64,000 nucleotides of DNA from an uncultured bacterium (GTDB lineage Bacteria > Patescibacteriota > Microgenomatia > UBA1400 > PJMF01), in contig CAIMNJ010000012.1 in NCBI GenBank assembly GCA_903842795.1, positions 14,180 through 78,179 on the forward strand, read 5' to 3'. The translations under genes were made by a program, and so were the position numbers. Positions 27,666 to 36,937 of the stretch are shown one piece after another; position 1 is the stretch's first letter, and every line of letters begins with the position of its first letter. The notes below the pieces were generated by a model, which was not told the DNA's origin, made no database searches, and worked only from the letters and a program-made list of their open reading frames with translations.

Positions 27666-28628
27666 ATGAATCTAGAACAACTTTTTACTCAGCATTTTCC
27701 TGGCTATAATTTTTTGTTTAATTATTCTTTGCAAAATAAAAGTTATTTCAAGATTGGTGGCCCTGCTGAAGTTTTTTTTGCCGCCAAAAAAGCACAAGAA
27801 GCAATCGATCTTTTAGTCTTCTGTAAAGAGAAAGATATTCGTTTTACCATAATCGGAGGAGCTAGCAATGTAGTAATTGCTGATGAGGGAATTTCAGGTT
27901 TAGTTTTGAGCTTGGATTTTGCTGATTTTTCCGTTATTTCTGAAACAGATCAAGATTTATTAATTCGTGCAGAAGCAGGTATAAAAACTGCTAATTTAGT
28001 AGGTAAGGCAGCTGCCCTAGGTGGTAGTGGTTTGGAAGGTTTTATTGGTGTTCCTGGAGTTTTGGGAGGAGCAATTTATAACAATGCTCATTATCTTAAA
28101 GCTTTGATTAGTGATGTAATTGTAGAAGTTGAAGCATTTGATTTAGAAAGTAATAATATTATCAATATTTCACGTGAAAAATGTGAGTTTGCTTATGAGC
28201 AATCTATTTTTCAAAAAAACAAAAACTTCATCATATTTTCCGCAACTTTTGCATTAAAAAAAATTTCTCCAGATCAAGTCAAGCAATTGGTCAGGGATTC
28301 AATCGCTAAACGTGAAAAGACTCAGCCTCTGGATCTCCCCAGTTGTGGTTGTGTTTTTCAAAATCCAGCCAATACCGATGGCTTGCGCCAGCTTTTTCCT
28401 CAATTCGCACAATTAGAATTTGTGCCCGCTGGTTTCTTAATTGAAGCGGCAGGACTAAAAGGAATCAAAGAGGGAGATATTCAAGTTAGTGAAAAGCATG
28501 CGGCTTTTTTTGTCAATTTGGGTCATGGTACTGCCAAAGATGTAGTTAAATTGGTTGAGAAAGTCAAGGCTGTCGTTTTAGAGAAATTTGGTGTTATTCT
28601 AAAAGAAGAAATTTTTTATTTAAAGTAA
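27666..28628 (+). CDS. murB: UDP-N-acetylenolpyruvoylglucosamine reductase MurB
   Basis: FAD-binding N-terminus …SYFKIGGPAEVFF…TIIGGASNVV…. The track start at 27615 is an upstream TTG/alternate. The ATG at 27666 overlaps the truB start inside the palindrome TGATCATGA. Confidence 0.85.
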   Translation: MNLEQLFTQHFPGYNFLFNYSLQNKSYFKIGGPAEVFFAAKKAQEAIDLLVFCKEKDIRFTIIGGASNVVIADEGISGLVLSLDFADFSVISETDQDLLIRAEAGIKTANLVGKAAALGGSGLEGFIGVPGVLGGAIYNNAHYLKALISDVIVEVEAFDLESNNIINISREKCEFAYEQSIFQKNKNFIIFSATFALKKISPDQVKQLVRDSIAKREKTQPLDLPSCGCVFQNPANTDGLRQLFPQFAQLEFVPAGFLIEAAGLKGIKEGDIQVSEKHAAFFVNLGHGTAKDVVKLVEKVKAVVLEKFGVILKEEIFYLK

Positions 28629-28645
28629 TTAGAAAGAAATAGCTT

Positions 28646-29971
28646 ATGAGCAAGGCAAGTTTTGTAGTTACTGGTGGGACTCCTCTTTATGGTTCTGTTA
28701 GAGTTGGCGGAGCCAAAAATGCCTCATATAAGTTAATGATTGCTGCTTTGCTTGGTAGTAAAGAAAGTCGTTTATTAAATTTACCAGATATTTCCGATGT
28801 TGATTTGGTGGCGCAAATTATCAACGAGTTGGGAGCCAAGGCTTATCGTGTGGGTGAACGTACTTTTTTTATTGATACTCGTAATTTGCGTTTTCACGCT
28901 GTTCAAGCCAAGCATGGCGAGCAATCTCGCGCTTCTACTCTATTTATTCCTGTACTATTGGCAAAATTTGGACATGCCGAGGTGCCTCTTCCTGGTGGAG
29001 ATAAAATTGGTAAGCGTCCTCTAGAACGTCACATGATGGGTTTGGAAATGATGGGCGCAAAATTTGACCAAGAGAATGGAATTTTGAAAGCTAGCTGCAA
29101 AGAATTAAGAGGTTGCACCTATCGTTTTGAAAAAAATACTCACACCGGTACAGAAACTCTAATTATGGCAGCAGTTTTAGCCAAAGGTAAAACTATTTTG
29201 GAAAATGCTGCTGAAGAGCCAGAAATTGATGATCTCATTTCATTTCTAAATCAAATGGGCGCCAAAATTCGTCGTCGCTCTTTCCGTAAAATTGAAATTG
29301 AGGGAGTTGAAAGTCTGGGTGGTGCGATTCATAAAATTATGCCTGATCGCAATGAGGCAGTTAGCTATGCTTGTGCCGCTATAGCTACTAAAGGTGACAT
29401 CGTAGTAGAAAACGCCAGACACAAAGATCTCAAGGCTTTCTTAGATAAATTAGATGAAATTGGAGCTGGTTATGAAATTGGTGATTATGGCATTCGTTTT
29501 TACTACAAAGGTCAATTGACCGCGACTGATTTGGAAACAGAGATCCATCCTGGTTTTATGACTGATTGGCAACCTCTTTTTGCTACTCTACTTTGTCAAT
29601 GCCATGGTGAGAGTATTATTCATGAAACAGTGATGCAAAATCGCTTCCAATATGTTGAAGACTTGCGCGCTATGGGAGCTAAGATCGAATATTTTAATCC
29701 AACTATTAAGAATCCTGATGCTTTTTATAATTTTAATTGGCGCGATCATAGTGAGGCTGATCATCATGCAATCCGTATTTTTGGACCAACTGATTTTGTT
29801 GGTGGTGAGTTTACCATTCATGATTTGCGTGCTGGAGCCACTATTCTCTTGGCCGCCATCGGTGCCAAAGGTAAAACTATTTTGCATAATATTGAACAAG
29901 TAGAGCGTGGTTACCAAAAAATCGATGAGAAATTGATTTTGATGGGTGCTAAGATAGAAAGAGTTAATTAA
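28646..29971 (+). CDS. murA: UDP-N-acetylglucosamine 1-carboxyvinyltransferase MurA
   Basis: 441 aa, MSKASFVVTGGTPLYGSVRVGGAKNASYKLMIAALLG…, with the EPSP-synthase fold family signature. Confidence 0.9.
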   Translation: MSKASFVVTGGTPLYGSVRVGGAKNASYKLMIAALLGSKESRLLNLPDISDVDLVAQIINELGAKAYRVGERTFFIDTRNLRFHAVQAKHGEQSRASTLFIPVLLAKFGHAEVPLPGGDKIGKRPLERHMMGLEMMGAKFDQENGILKASCKELRGCTYRFEKNTHTGTETLIMAAVLAKGKTILENAAEEPEIDDLISFLNQMGAKIRRRSFRKIEIEGVESLGGAIHKIMPDRNEAVSYACAAIATKGDIVVENARHKDLKAFLDKLDEIGAGYEIGDYGIRFYYKGQLTATDLETEIHPGFMTDWQPLFATLLCQCHGESIIHETVMQNRFQYVEDLRAMGAKIEYFNPTIKNPDAFYNFNWRDHSEADHHAIRIFGPTDFVGGEFTIHDLRAGATILLAAIGAKGKTILHNIEQVERGYQKIDEKLILMGAKIERVN

Positions 29972-29979
29972 GGAACTTT

Positions 29980-31023
29980 ATGGGATCACTAGCGCTTTTT
30001 TTGGGAATTTTAATTTTTTCTTTTACTTTGACTAGCGGCGCAGTGGTGCCATTTATTAATTTACTTTATCAATTGCGTTTTCGTCGTGCCAATCAAGAAA
30101 CCTTAGATGCTTTTGGTAAAAGAACACCGATTTTTGATAAATTTCATTCTAGTAAAGCTGGGGTGCCAGTGGGCGGTGGTCTTTTGGTTGTAATTATTGT
30201 TTCTTTGTTTTTTGCCCTGATGGTTCCAACCCTTAAATATTTTGGGATTGAAGTTACCAGTATTCATCGTAATAGTCAGGCTGAGATCAATGTTTTATTC
30301 TTCACTTTTTTATCATTTGCGATTCTTGGGCTTTATGATGATATTAAGAAGTTTTTTCGCTTTGATGATAGCAAGTTTTTTGGTTTGAAGATGCGTCAAA
30401 AATTAATTTTGCAAATTATTTTAGCGACTGTTATTGCTTGCATGATTTACTTCCAATTGGAAATATCAATTTTACACATTCCTTTTGTAGGTACTTTTAG
30501 CTTAGGCTATTTTTACATTCCTTTTGCTGCTTTTGTAATTGTTGCTTTTGCTAATGCAGTCAACATCACTGACGGCTTGGATGGTTTAGCTGCTGGCTTG
30601 CTTTTATTTTCTTTGTTTGGGTTGTGGATTTTGTCCTCCACAATTTTGGATATTCCGCTATCTGTTTTTATTGCTCTTTGGCTTGGTTCTTTGATTTCTT
30701 TCTTGTACTTCAATGTTTTTCCAGCCAGAATTTTTATGGGTGATGTTGGATCTATGGCTTTTGGAGCCACTTTGGCAGTGATTGGTTTGTTGCTTGGCAA
30801 GGTTTTAGCCTTAGTTATTATTGGTTTTATTTTTGTAGCTGAAATTTTCAGCTCTTTACTTCAATTATTTTCAAAAAGATATTTTAAGAAGAAAATTATA
30901 CCTGCTGCTCCACTGCACCTCACTTTTCAAGAGCGAGGTTGGCCTGAGCCAAAAATTGTCCAAAGAGCTTGGTTGTTGCAAATAATGTTGACTATTTTTG
31001 GGGTGTGGCTGGCAGTAATTTAA
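29980..31023 (+). CDS. mraY: Phospho-N-acetylmuramoyl-pentapeptide transferase MraY
   Basis: 347 aa with a …NAVNITDGLDGLAAG… signature, about 10 TM helices, and a DD…MGDVGS motif. Confidence 0.9.
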   Translation: MGSLALFLGILIFSFTLTSGAVVPFINLLYQLRFRRANQETLDAFGKRTPIFDKFHSSKAGVPVGGGLLVVIIVSLFFALMVPTLKYFGIEVTSIHRNSQAEINVLFFTFLSFAILGLYDDIKKFFRFDDSKFFGLKMRQKLILQIILATVIACMIYFQLEISILHIPFVGTFSLGYFYIPFAAFVIVAFANAVNITDGLDGLAAGLLLFSLFGLWILSSTILDIPLSVFIALWLGSLISFLYFNVFPARIFMGDVGSMAFGATLAVIGLLLGKVLALVIIGFIFVAEIFSSLLQLFSKRYFKKKIIPAAPLHLTFQERGWPEPKIVQRAWLLQIMLTIFGVWLAVI

Positions 31024-31030
31024 AATATTC

Positions 31031-32104
31031 ATGTCATCTAGTTCAAAAATTTTCTTGACTTTACTAACAATCCTATCTTTGATTGGTTTATTTTTTGTTT
31101 TTGAAGCTTCCACAGTTGAGAGCTTTAAGCTTTTTGGACATCAGTATTATTTTTTTAGGCAGCAAGCACTTTGGTTGGTTTTGTCTTTTGTTGTTATGTT
31201 TGTAGTAAGCAAATTTAAAGTGGGTTTTTTTGAAAAATATGCCTTGCCAATTTATTTTTTTGGTATTTTGCTTCTTTTTTTAACTTTAATTCCTGGAATT
31301 GGTTTGAAACTAAATGGGGCTCGTCGTTGGATTATTTTGCCTTTTGGAACATTGCAAACAGTTGAAGTTTTCAAATTTGCCATCATTAATTTTTATGCTT
31401 GGCTTTTGGCTAAAAAATTAAATATTATTAGTTTTTTATTTTTTCTTTTTTGGCCAGTGCTTTTAATTTTATTGCAACCAGACTTTGGTTCTTTGATGGT
31501 TTTGGTGGCCAGCAGCATTATCATGTATTTTTTAGCCGGAGGACCAATTAAATTTTTAACAATGCTGTTTGCTGGTGGTTTTTTGTTGGGGCTACTTATT
31601 GTGATATTTAGTCCCTATCGAAGAGACCGTTTGATGACTTTTCTAAATCCAGAAGAAAATGTGCAGGGCGAATCCTACCATGTACGCCAAATCACTTTGG
31701 CTTTGGGGGGTGGCTCTTGGTTTGGTCGCGGTATTGGTAATTCACAACAAAAATATTCTTATGTTCCAGAAGCTAGCAGTGATTCTATTTTTGCAATTGT
31801 GGCAGAAGAGATTGGTTTTATCGGTTCATTGTTTATTATTTTTTTGTTTGTTGGTTTTTTTGTTAGCGCAAATTTGATGGTGCGCAATAAAGTTTTGGAA
31901 AGCTATGACTATTTGCTTTTTTATGGAATTTTGAGTTGGATTGCCATCCAATTGCTTTTTAATTTGTCTGCCGTGGTGGTTGTTTTGCCTTTAGCTGGCA
32001 TGCCTTTGCCATTTTTTTCTCAAGGAGGTTCTTCTCTTTTGATGCTGTTTTTTGCAAGTGGGGTTTTACTCTCGATCACCTCACATGCTAAGATGAAGAA
32101 ATGA
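31031..32104 (+). CDS. ftsW: SEDS-family peptidoglycan glycosyltransferase FtsW
   Basis: 357 aa SEDS topology, …SDSIFAIVAEEIGFIGS…PLPFFSQGGSSLL…. It sits between mraY and murG. Confidence 0.8.
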   Translation: MSSSSKIFLTLLTILSLIGLFFVFEASTVESFKLFGHQYYFFRQQALWLVLSFVVMFVVSKFKVGFFEKYALPIYFFGILLLFLTLIPGIGLKLNGARRWIILPFGTLQTVEVFKFAIINFYAWLLAKKLNIISFLFFLFWPVLLILLQPDFGSLMVLVASSIIMYFLAGGPIKFLTMLFAGGFLLGLLIVIFSPYRRDRLMTFLNPEENVQGESYHVRQITLALGGGSWFGRGIGNSQQKYSYVPEASSDSIFAIVAEEIGFIGSLFIIFLFVGFFVSANLMVRNKVLESYDYLLFYGILSWIAIQLLFNLSAVVVVLPLAGMPLPFFSQGGSSLLMLFFASGVLLSITSHAKMKK

Positions 32105-33231
32105 GAATTCTGCTTAGTGGCGCTCACCTTACTCCCGCTTTAGCGATGATTGATTTTATTCAGGTCAATCATCCTGAACACGAATTATTTTTTGTTGGAC
32201 GTCTTTATAGCCAAGAAAAACTTGGCCAGAAAGCGGTTGAAAAAGATGAGGTTGGCAAAAGAGGAGTTAAATTTATTCCTTTTTCTGCTGCTAAATTTGT
32301 CAATTATTCTTTACTTAATAAAATTAGCACATTCTTCACTTTTCCAAGTACGGTTGCTCGCGCTCGCAGAATTTTGATTGAAGAAAAAATTGACCTTTTT
32401 CTTTCTTTCGGTTCTTATCTGGCTGTACCGTTTGCTTTAGCTGCTAAAAGCTTGGGAATTCCTGTAATAACTCATGAGCAAACAGTGGTAATGGGCAAAG
32501 CTAATCAGTTTATTTCTACTATCGCTGATAAAGTAGCTATTTCTTATCAGGAAACGAGTCGTTATTGCAAGAGAAAAGATTTAATTTTGACAGGCAATCC
32601 CGTAAGAGCAAGATTATTTGCCAAAGATTTAAAAAGACCAGAATGGTTATCTAAAGAAGCTAAAGGAATTTTATTGATTATGGGTGGCAATCAGGGTTCA
32701 TTCGTAATTAATGAAGTAATTAAAAATAATCTGAGTCAATTATTATCTAACTATTTTGTAATTCATCAATGCGGTCGAGCCAATAAGCTCAAAAATTCTT
32801 TGAAAGAGCTCGAAAATTTTAAAAAGATTTTGCCAAAATCCTTGCAGGAAAAATACTTTATTAAAGAATGGATTGAAGGTGAAGATCTATTTTGGATTTA
32901 TCAGCATAGTAAATTTGCTATTTCCAGATCTGGTGCAAATGCTGTTTTGGAATTAAGCTTGGCTCCATTGCCAGCAATCTTAATTCCTTTGCCAGGAACT
33001 TACCAAAATGAACAAATGGCTAATGCCATGGTAATGCAAAAAATTAATGGAGCTTTAATTTTGCCGCAAGAACATCTAAATACTAATACCCTTATTGATA
33101 GTGTTTCTCATTTGGAAAAAAATTATAAAGAAATGCGTTTGAGTTTGGCCAAGAATCAATCTTATCAGGATGCGAGCGCAAAACTTTATCAACTTATTTT
33201 GCATGTTTATAAAGAAAAAAAACGTTTGTGA
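32101..33231 (+). CDS. murG: UDP-GlcNAc:undecaprenyl-PP-MurNAc-pentapeptide GlcNAc transferase MurG
   Basis: 376 aa, MRILLSGAHLTPALAMIDFI… (a GT28 N-terminal domain) with a C-terminal …GGNQGS…SRSGANAVLEL… motif. Confidence 0.85.
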   Translation: MRILLSGAHLTPALAMIDFIQVNHPEHELFFVGRLYSQEKLGQKAVEKDEVGKRGVKFIPFSAAKFVNYSLLNKISTFFTFPSTVARARRILIEEKIDLFLSFGSYLAVPFALAAKSLGIPVITHEQTVVMGKANQFISTIADKVAISYQETSRYCKRKDLILTGNPVRARLFAKDLKRPEWLSKEAKGILLIMGGNQGSFVINEVIKNNLSQLLSNYFVIHQCGRANKLKNSLKELENFKKILPKSLQEKYFIKEWIEGEDLFWIYQHSKFAISRSGANAVLELSLAPLPAILIPLPGTYQNEQMANAMVMQKINGALILPQEHLNTNTLIDSVSHLEKNYKEMRLSLAKNQSYQDASAKLYQLILHVYKEKKRL

Positions 33232-33917
33232 AAATTTTGCGTTTAATAATTTTTTTTGTAGTTTTGGTTGTATTTTTTAATTTTGTTTTTGTTTTTAAAA
33301 AAATTGACTGTGAAGCTGAGGGGGTTTTAATTGAAAGTGGTGTTTGTGAATCAATTAATCAAAATTTTAAAGGCAGATCTTTATTTTTTACTGATTTAGA
33401 AAATGACGAAATTTGGAATGAATTGTTGATTTCTCAACAATATAGTCAGGTTTACCAATTCAAAAAAATAAAAAAATCTCTTTCTGGTGAAGTAAAATTA
33501 TTACTTTTAACTAAGTTGCCAGATTATAGGTTAATCATTGGTCAAGATCGTTATTTAATTAATCAAAACAACAAACTTAAGGACAACCAAGAGAAACTAC
33601 TTTTACCAAGCATTGAATATTTAGGTGATCAAAATATTAGAGAACATGAGTATCTACGTGATGATTATCATCAGAAATTTCTTGCTTTAAGCAAAGCGCT
33701 CAAAAAATATGATATAAACACCAATAAAATTGTTTGGCAAAGTGATCAAGAGATTCATCTTTTTCTTAAAGAAACGGAAGTAATTATTGATGATTTAAAA
33801 GATTTTGATTTTCAAATTGAGAGATTGTCTGTGGTTCTCAAAGAAGATAAACTACAAGCGGTTTTACCAAATAAAAAAGTTCTTGATATGCGCTTTAATT
33901 TGCCAGTGCTCAAATAG
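33228..33917 (+). CDS. ftsQ: FtsQ/DivIB-like cell division protein
   Basis: 229 aa with a GTG start overlapping the murG stop. It has an N-terminal TM helix then a periplasmic POTRA-like domain. The call rests mainly on its murG-ftsQ-ftsA-ftsZ position. Confidence 0.5.
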   Translation: MKILRLIIFFVVLVVFFNFVFVFKKIDCEAEGVLIESGVCESINQNFKGRSLFFTDLENDEIWNELLISQQYSQVYQFKKIKKSLSGEVKLLLLTKLPDYRLIIGQDRYLINQNNKLKDNQEKLLLPSIEYLGDQNIREHEYLRDDYHQKFLALSKALKKYDINTNKIVWQSDQEIHLFLKETEVIIDDLKDFDFQIERLSVVLKEDKLQAVLPNKKVLDMRFNLPVLK

Positions 33918-33977
33918 ATAGACATTGCTGGCAAAATTTTGTATAGTCTATATAAGATTTCTTGTGAAAATAAAACT

Positions 33978-35288
33978 ATGAGCAAAGAACAAATTATCTC
34001 CGCCATTGATTTAGGAAGTGACAAATGCACTACGCTGATTTCCAGAGTGACTGAAGCTGGTAAACTGCAGGTTTTGGGTTTTTCCGTAGTCCCTTCCAGA
34101 GGAATTAAGCGTAGTATGATCATCGATTTGGAGCAAGCGCTTAATACCGTCAGTCAGGGTTTGGACGCGGCTGAGCGCATGGCAGGTTTTAGTGTCAAAA
34201 GCACCGTGGTCTCAATTTCTGGAGTACATATCAAATATAAAAATTCTAAAGGCGTAGTGGCTGTTGCTTCACCTACTCAAGATATCGCCCAAAGTGATGT
34301 TGATCGCGTCATTGAGGCAGCTAGAGCTGTTTCAATGCCACCAGACAAAGAAATCATTCATGTGATTCCTAAGGATTTTAAAGTTGATTCTCAAGATGGA
34401 GTCAAAGATCCAGTTGGTATGAAGGGAGTTCGTTTGGAGGCTGAAGCCCACATCGTAACATGTCTTAGCACAGCGATGCGCAATTTGGAAAAATGCATTG
34501 GTGACATGGGAATCAAGGTGGACACTTTTGTTTTTTCTGCTTTGGCTGCCTCACAAATTGGTTTAACAGAAACAGAAAAAGAATTAGGCGCCGTTTTGGT
34601 TGATATCGGTGCCGGCACCACCAGTATTGTTGCTTATGTTGAGGGAGCTATGGAATTTTCGGCCGTTTTGCCGATTGGTGCCAAGCATATCACTCAAGAC
34701 ATTGCTCTTGGCTGTCGTATTCCTATGGATGATGCGGAAAAACTCAAGCTTTATTTGACCGATAATGGCGTTGATGACATGCGCCCTCATCCAGGAGAAT
34801 CAAAGGTAGATTTCACTAAGCGTAAGAAAAAATTAGATGCAATTGATCCATCAAAAGTTGGCATTGCTCACGAAGATCAGCTTTCAAAAAAAACTCTTAT
34901 CAACGGCATCATGGAGCCTCGTTCTAGAGAAATTTTCCGTTTAGTGATGCAAGAGTTAGATAAAGCAGATTTGCTTTCTGGCAATAAAGTTCCAGCTGGT
35001 CTTATTTTGACGGGTGGTGGAGCAATGACCGCTTCTTTGGTCGAAGTCGCTAAAAAAGTTAGTAATTTGCCAGTGCGTGTGGCTGCTCCAGAAGAAATTG
35101 AGGGTTTAACTGAAGATATTAAGAAGCCAAATTTTGCTGTAGCCGTTGGTTTACTTGAGTATGCTCTCAAACAAGGCAATGTCACCACTGTTACTGAGGA
35201 TTTCAATTGGCAAGCTCTTTTGCCAAAAGATTTGTTTAAAAATATTATTGAAAAAATCAAAAAAACTAGCAAGTCAATCTTGCCTTGA
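33978..35288 (+). CDS. ftsA: Cell division protein FtsA
   Basis: MSKEQIISAIDLGSDKCTTLISRV… has actin-like ATPase motifs. The track ORF starts 13 codons earlier, at 33939. Confidence 0.85.
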   Translation: MSKEQIISAIDLGSDKCTTLISRVTEAGKLQVLGFSVVPSRGIKRSMIIDLEQALNTVSQGLDAAERMAGFSVKSTVVSISGVHIKYKNSKGVVAVASPTQDIAQSDVDRVIEAARAVSMPPDKEIIHVIPKDFKVDSQDGVKDPVGMKGVRLEAEAHIVTCLSTAMRNLEKCIGDMGIKVDTFVFSALAASQIGLTETEKELGAVLVDIGAGTTSIVAYVEGAMEFSAVLPIGAKHITQDIALGCRIPMDDAEKLKLYLTDNGVDDMRPHPGESKVDFTKRKKKLDAIDPSKVGIAHEDQLSKKTLINGIMEPRSREIFRLVMQELDKADLLSGNKVPAGLILTGGGAMTASLVEVAKKVSNLPVRVAAPEEIEGLTEDIKKPNFAVAVGLLEYALKQGNVTTVTEDFNWQALLPKDLFKNIIEKIKKTSKSILP

Positions 35289-35349
35289 TTTTTATGTTGC
35301 AGTTTGATATGTTTCTATAAGCATAAGCCTGCCAAGAAAGCCGTCACAT

Positions 35350-36660
35350 ATGGGACTCGTTAAACCTTCAAATACAACCTTTGCCAAAATCAAAGTAATC
35401 GGTGTAGGTGGTGGTGGTAGTAATGCTGTCAATTCCATGGTTTTATCAAGACAAATTAATGGTGTGGAATTTATCACTGTTAATACTGATGCTCAGGCTT
35501 TACTCACTTCCAAAGCCGAAACCAAAATGCAAATTGGTAGTAATTTTACTCGCGGTCTTGGAGCTGGTGCTGATCCAGAAGTGGGTCGCACTGCTGCTGA
35601 AGAGAGTCGTGAAAAACTCAAAGATTTATTGTTTGATACCGACATGGTTTTTATTACTGCTGGTATGGGCGGTGGTACTGGCACTGGAGCTGCCCCCATC
35701 ATCGCTGAAATTGCCAAAGAAGCTGGCGCTTTGACGGTGGCTGTGGTCACCAAGCCATTTGCTTTTGAAGGTATCCGCCGTATGCAAACTGCTGATGAGG
35801 GCATTGAAGCTCTTGGCGACACAGTTGATACTTTGATTGTGATCCCCAATCAGCGCTTGCTCGAGGTAGTTGATAAGAAAATGACTTTTATTGATGCTTT
35901 CCGTTTGGCAGATAATGTTCTTGGTCAAGGCGTCAAAGGAATTTCCGATCTCATCACTGTTCCCGGTATGATCAACGTTGACTTTGCTGACGTCAAAACC
36001 ATTATGGTTGACTCTGGTTCTTCTCTGATGGGCATTGGTGAAGCCTCAGGTGAAGATCGTGCAGTGGTGGCAGCTCGTATGGCTGTTTCTTCTCCTCTTC
36101 TCGAGGTTTCGATTGATGGTGCCAAAGGCATTCTATACAACATTACTGGTGGTCCAGATATGACTATGAGCGAAGTCTCAGATGCTTCGGCTGTGATTGC
36201 TGACAGTGCTGATCCAGACGCCAACATCATTTTTGGTGCCACCATCGATGAAAATATGGGTTCTAAGATTAAGATTAGTGTGATTGCCACTGGTTTTGGT
36301 GATAATTATGCTGGTTCTGGTCCAAGAGCAATGTTTGGTTCTTATGGCAGGGAATCTCGTCGTAAGATGACTGGCCCAACTGCTACTTACAAGAAGCAGG
36401 AGGAAGAAGTCAGAATTGAGCCAGAAGAAGAAAAAATCGACCGTACTCCAAGTGGTTATACTCAACCACAAATTGTGACTGCCAAACCCAAAAAAGAAGA
36501 AGAACAAGAAAGTCATAATCCTTTTGTGCGCTCTGCTCTTTTCAACTTGAGAAAAAAAGATGAACAAAAGCGCGAAGATAAAAGTGACAAAAAAGAAGAT
36601 ATTGATAGCGATGATGAGTTTGCAGAGTTTGATGTGCCAGCTTTTTTGAGAGATAGATAA
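35350..36660 (+). CDS. ftsZ: Cell division GTPase FtsZ
   Basis: [13 protein letters not shown] (tubulin signature GGGTGTG further on: [12 protein letters not shown]) with an acidic C-terminal tail ending …[16 protein letters not shown]. Confidence 0.95.
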   Translation: MGLVKPSNTTFAKIKVIGVGGGGSNAVNSMVLSRQINGVEFITVNTDAQALLTSKAETKMQIGSNFTRGLGAGADPEVGRTAAEESREKLKDLLFDTDMVFITAGMGGGTGTGAAPIIAEIAKEAGALTVAVVTKPFAFEGIRRMQTADEGIEALGDTVDTLIVIPNQRLLEVVDKKMTFIDAFRLADNVLGQGVKGISDLITVPGMINVDFADVKTIMVDSGSSLMGIGEASGEDRAVVAARMAVSSPLLEVSIDGAKGILYNITGGPDMTMSEVSDASAVIADSADPDANIIFGATIDENMGSKIKISVIATGFGDNYAGSGPRAMFGSYGRESRRKMTGPTATYKKQEEEVRIEPEEEKIDRTPSGYTQPQIVTAKPKKEEEQESHNPFVRSALFNLRKKDEQKREDKSDKKEDIDSDDEFAEFDVPAFLRDR

Positions 36661-36674
36661 AAAAGTGGTACAAT
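36646..36674 (+). promoter_or_regulatory. Strong sigma-70 promoter overlapping the ftsZ stop, driving the ileS leader
   Basis: TTGAGA, a 17-bp spacer, then TGG-TACAAT (extended -10). The predicted TSS is near 36681. Confidence 0.5.
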
Positions 36675-36681
36675 ATCACAA

Positions 36682-36888
36682 GTTTACAAAACCGTTCGAG
36701 CCATAATCAATGGTGAGGTGCCTGAAGAAACTTTTCATAAAAGTTGTAGACCAGGTCGGGATTAGCCCGTAATCGCTTGAATTAAGTAAAGATTTCGTAA
36801 GAAGTCTTAAAAAGCGGCTGGTACCTTTATCTTAAATAAGATAAGCCTGCTTAGAAACGAAAAGTTCGTTTTTAAGCAGGCTTTTTTG
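36682..36888 (+). promoter_or_regulatory. Candidate T-box-like (Ile) transcription attenuation leader for ileS
   Basis: A long stem with base GUUCGAGC (36694-36701) pairing GCUUGAAU (36775-36782) carries AUC (36772-36774) on its 3' side. A1 AAGCGG/CUGCUU flanks a bulge C-UGGUACC (36819-36825), followed by A2 hairpin UUAUCUU-aaau-AAGAUAA. The A1 3' strand is contained in the 5' arm of the terminator, so the two folds are mutually exclusive. Confidence 0.45.
36843..36888 (+). terminator. Intrinsic terminator (attenuator) 50 nt upstream of the ileS start
   Basis: AAGCCTGCTTA-(gaaacgaaaagttcgtttt)-TAAGCAGGCTT followed by TTTTTT is an 11-bp perfect stem. Confidence 0.65.
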
Positions 36889-36937
36889 GTATTATGAAGG
36901 TATAGAAAAACATACAACATCTTTTGTAAAGGAAAAA

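Noticed and set aside
35408-36567. Multiple 100-130-aa ORFs on both strands inside ftsZ
   Set aside because: GC-rich Gly/Ala codon runs in ftsZ keep other frames open. ftsZ itself is unambiguous.
36661-36937. SRP (4.5S) RNA or other housekeeping ncRNA in the ftsZ-ileS gap
   Set aside because: ACCAGGTCGGGA resembles the SRP domain IV start, but the GGAAGGAAGCAGC-type partner is missing. The promoter plus terminator geometry fits a cis-acting leader better.
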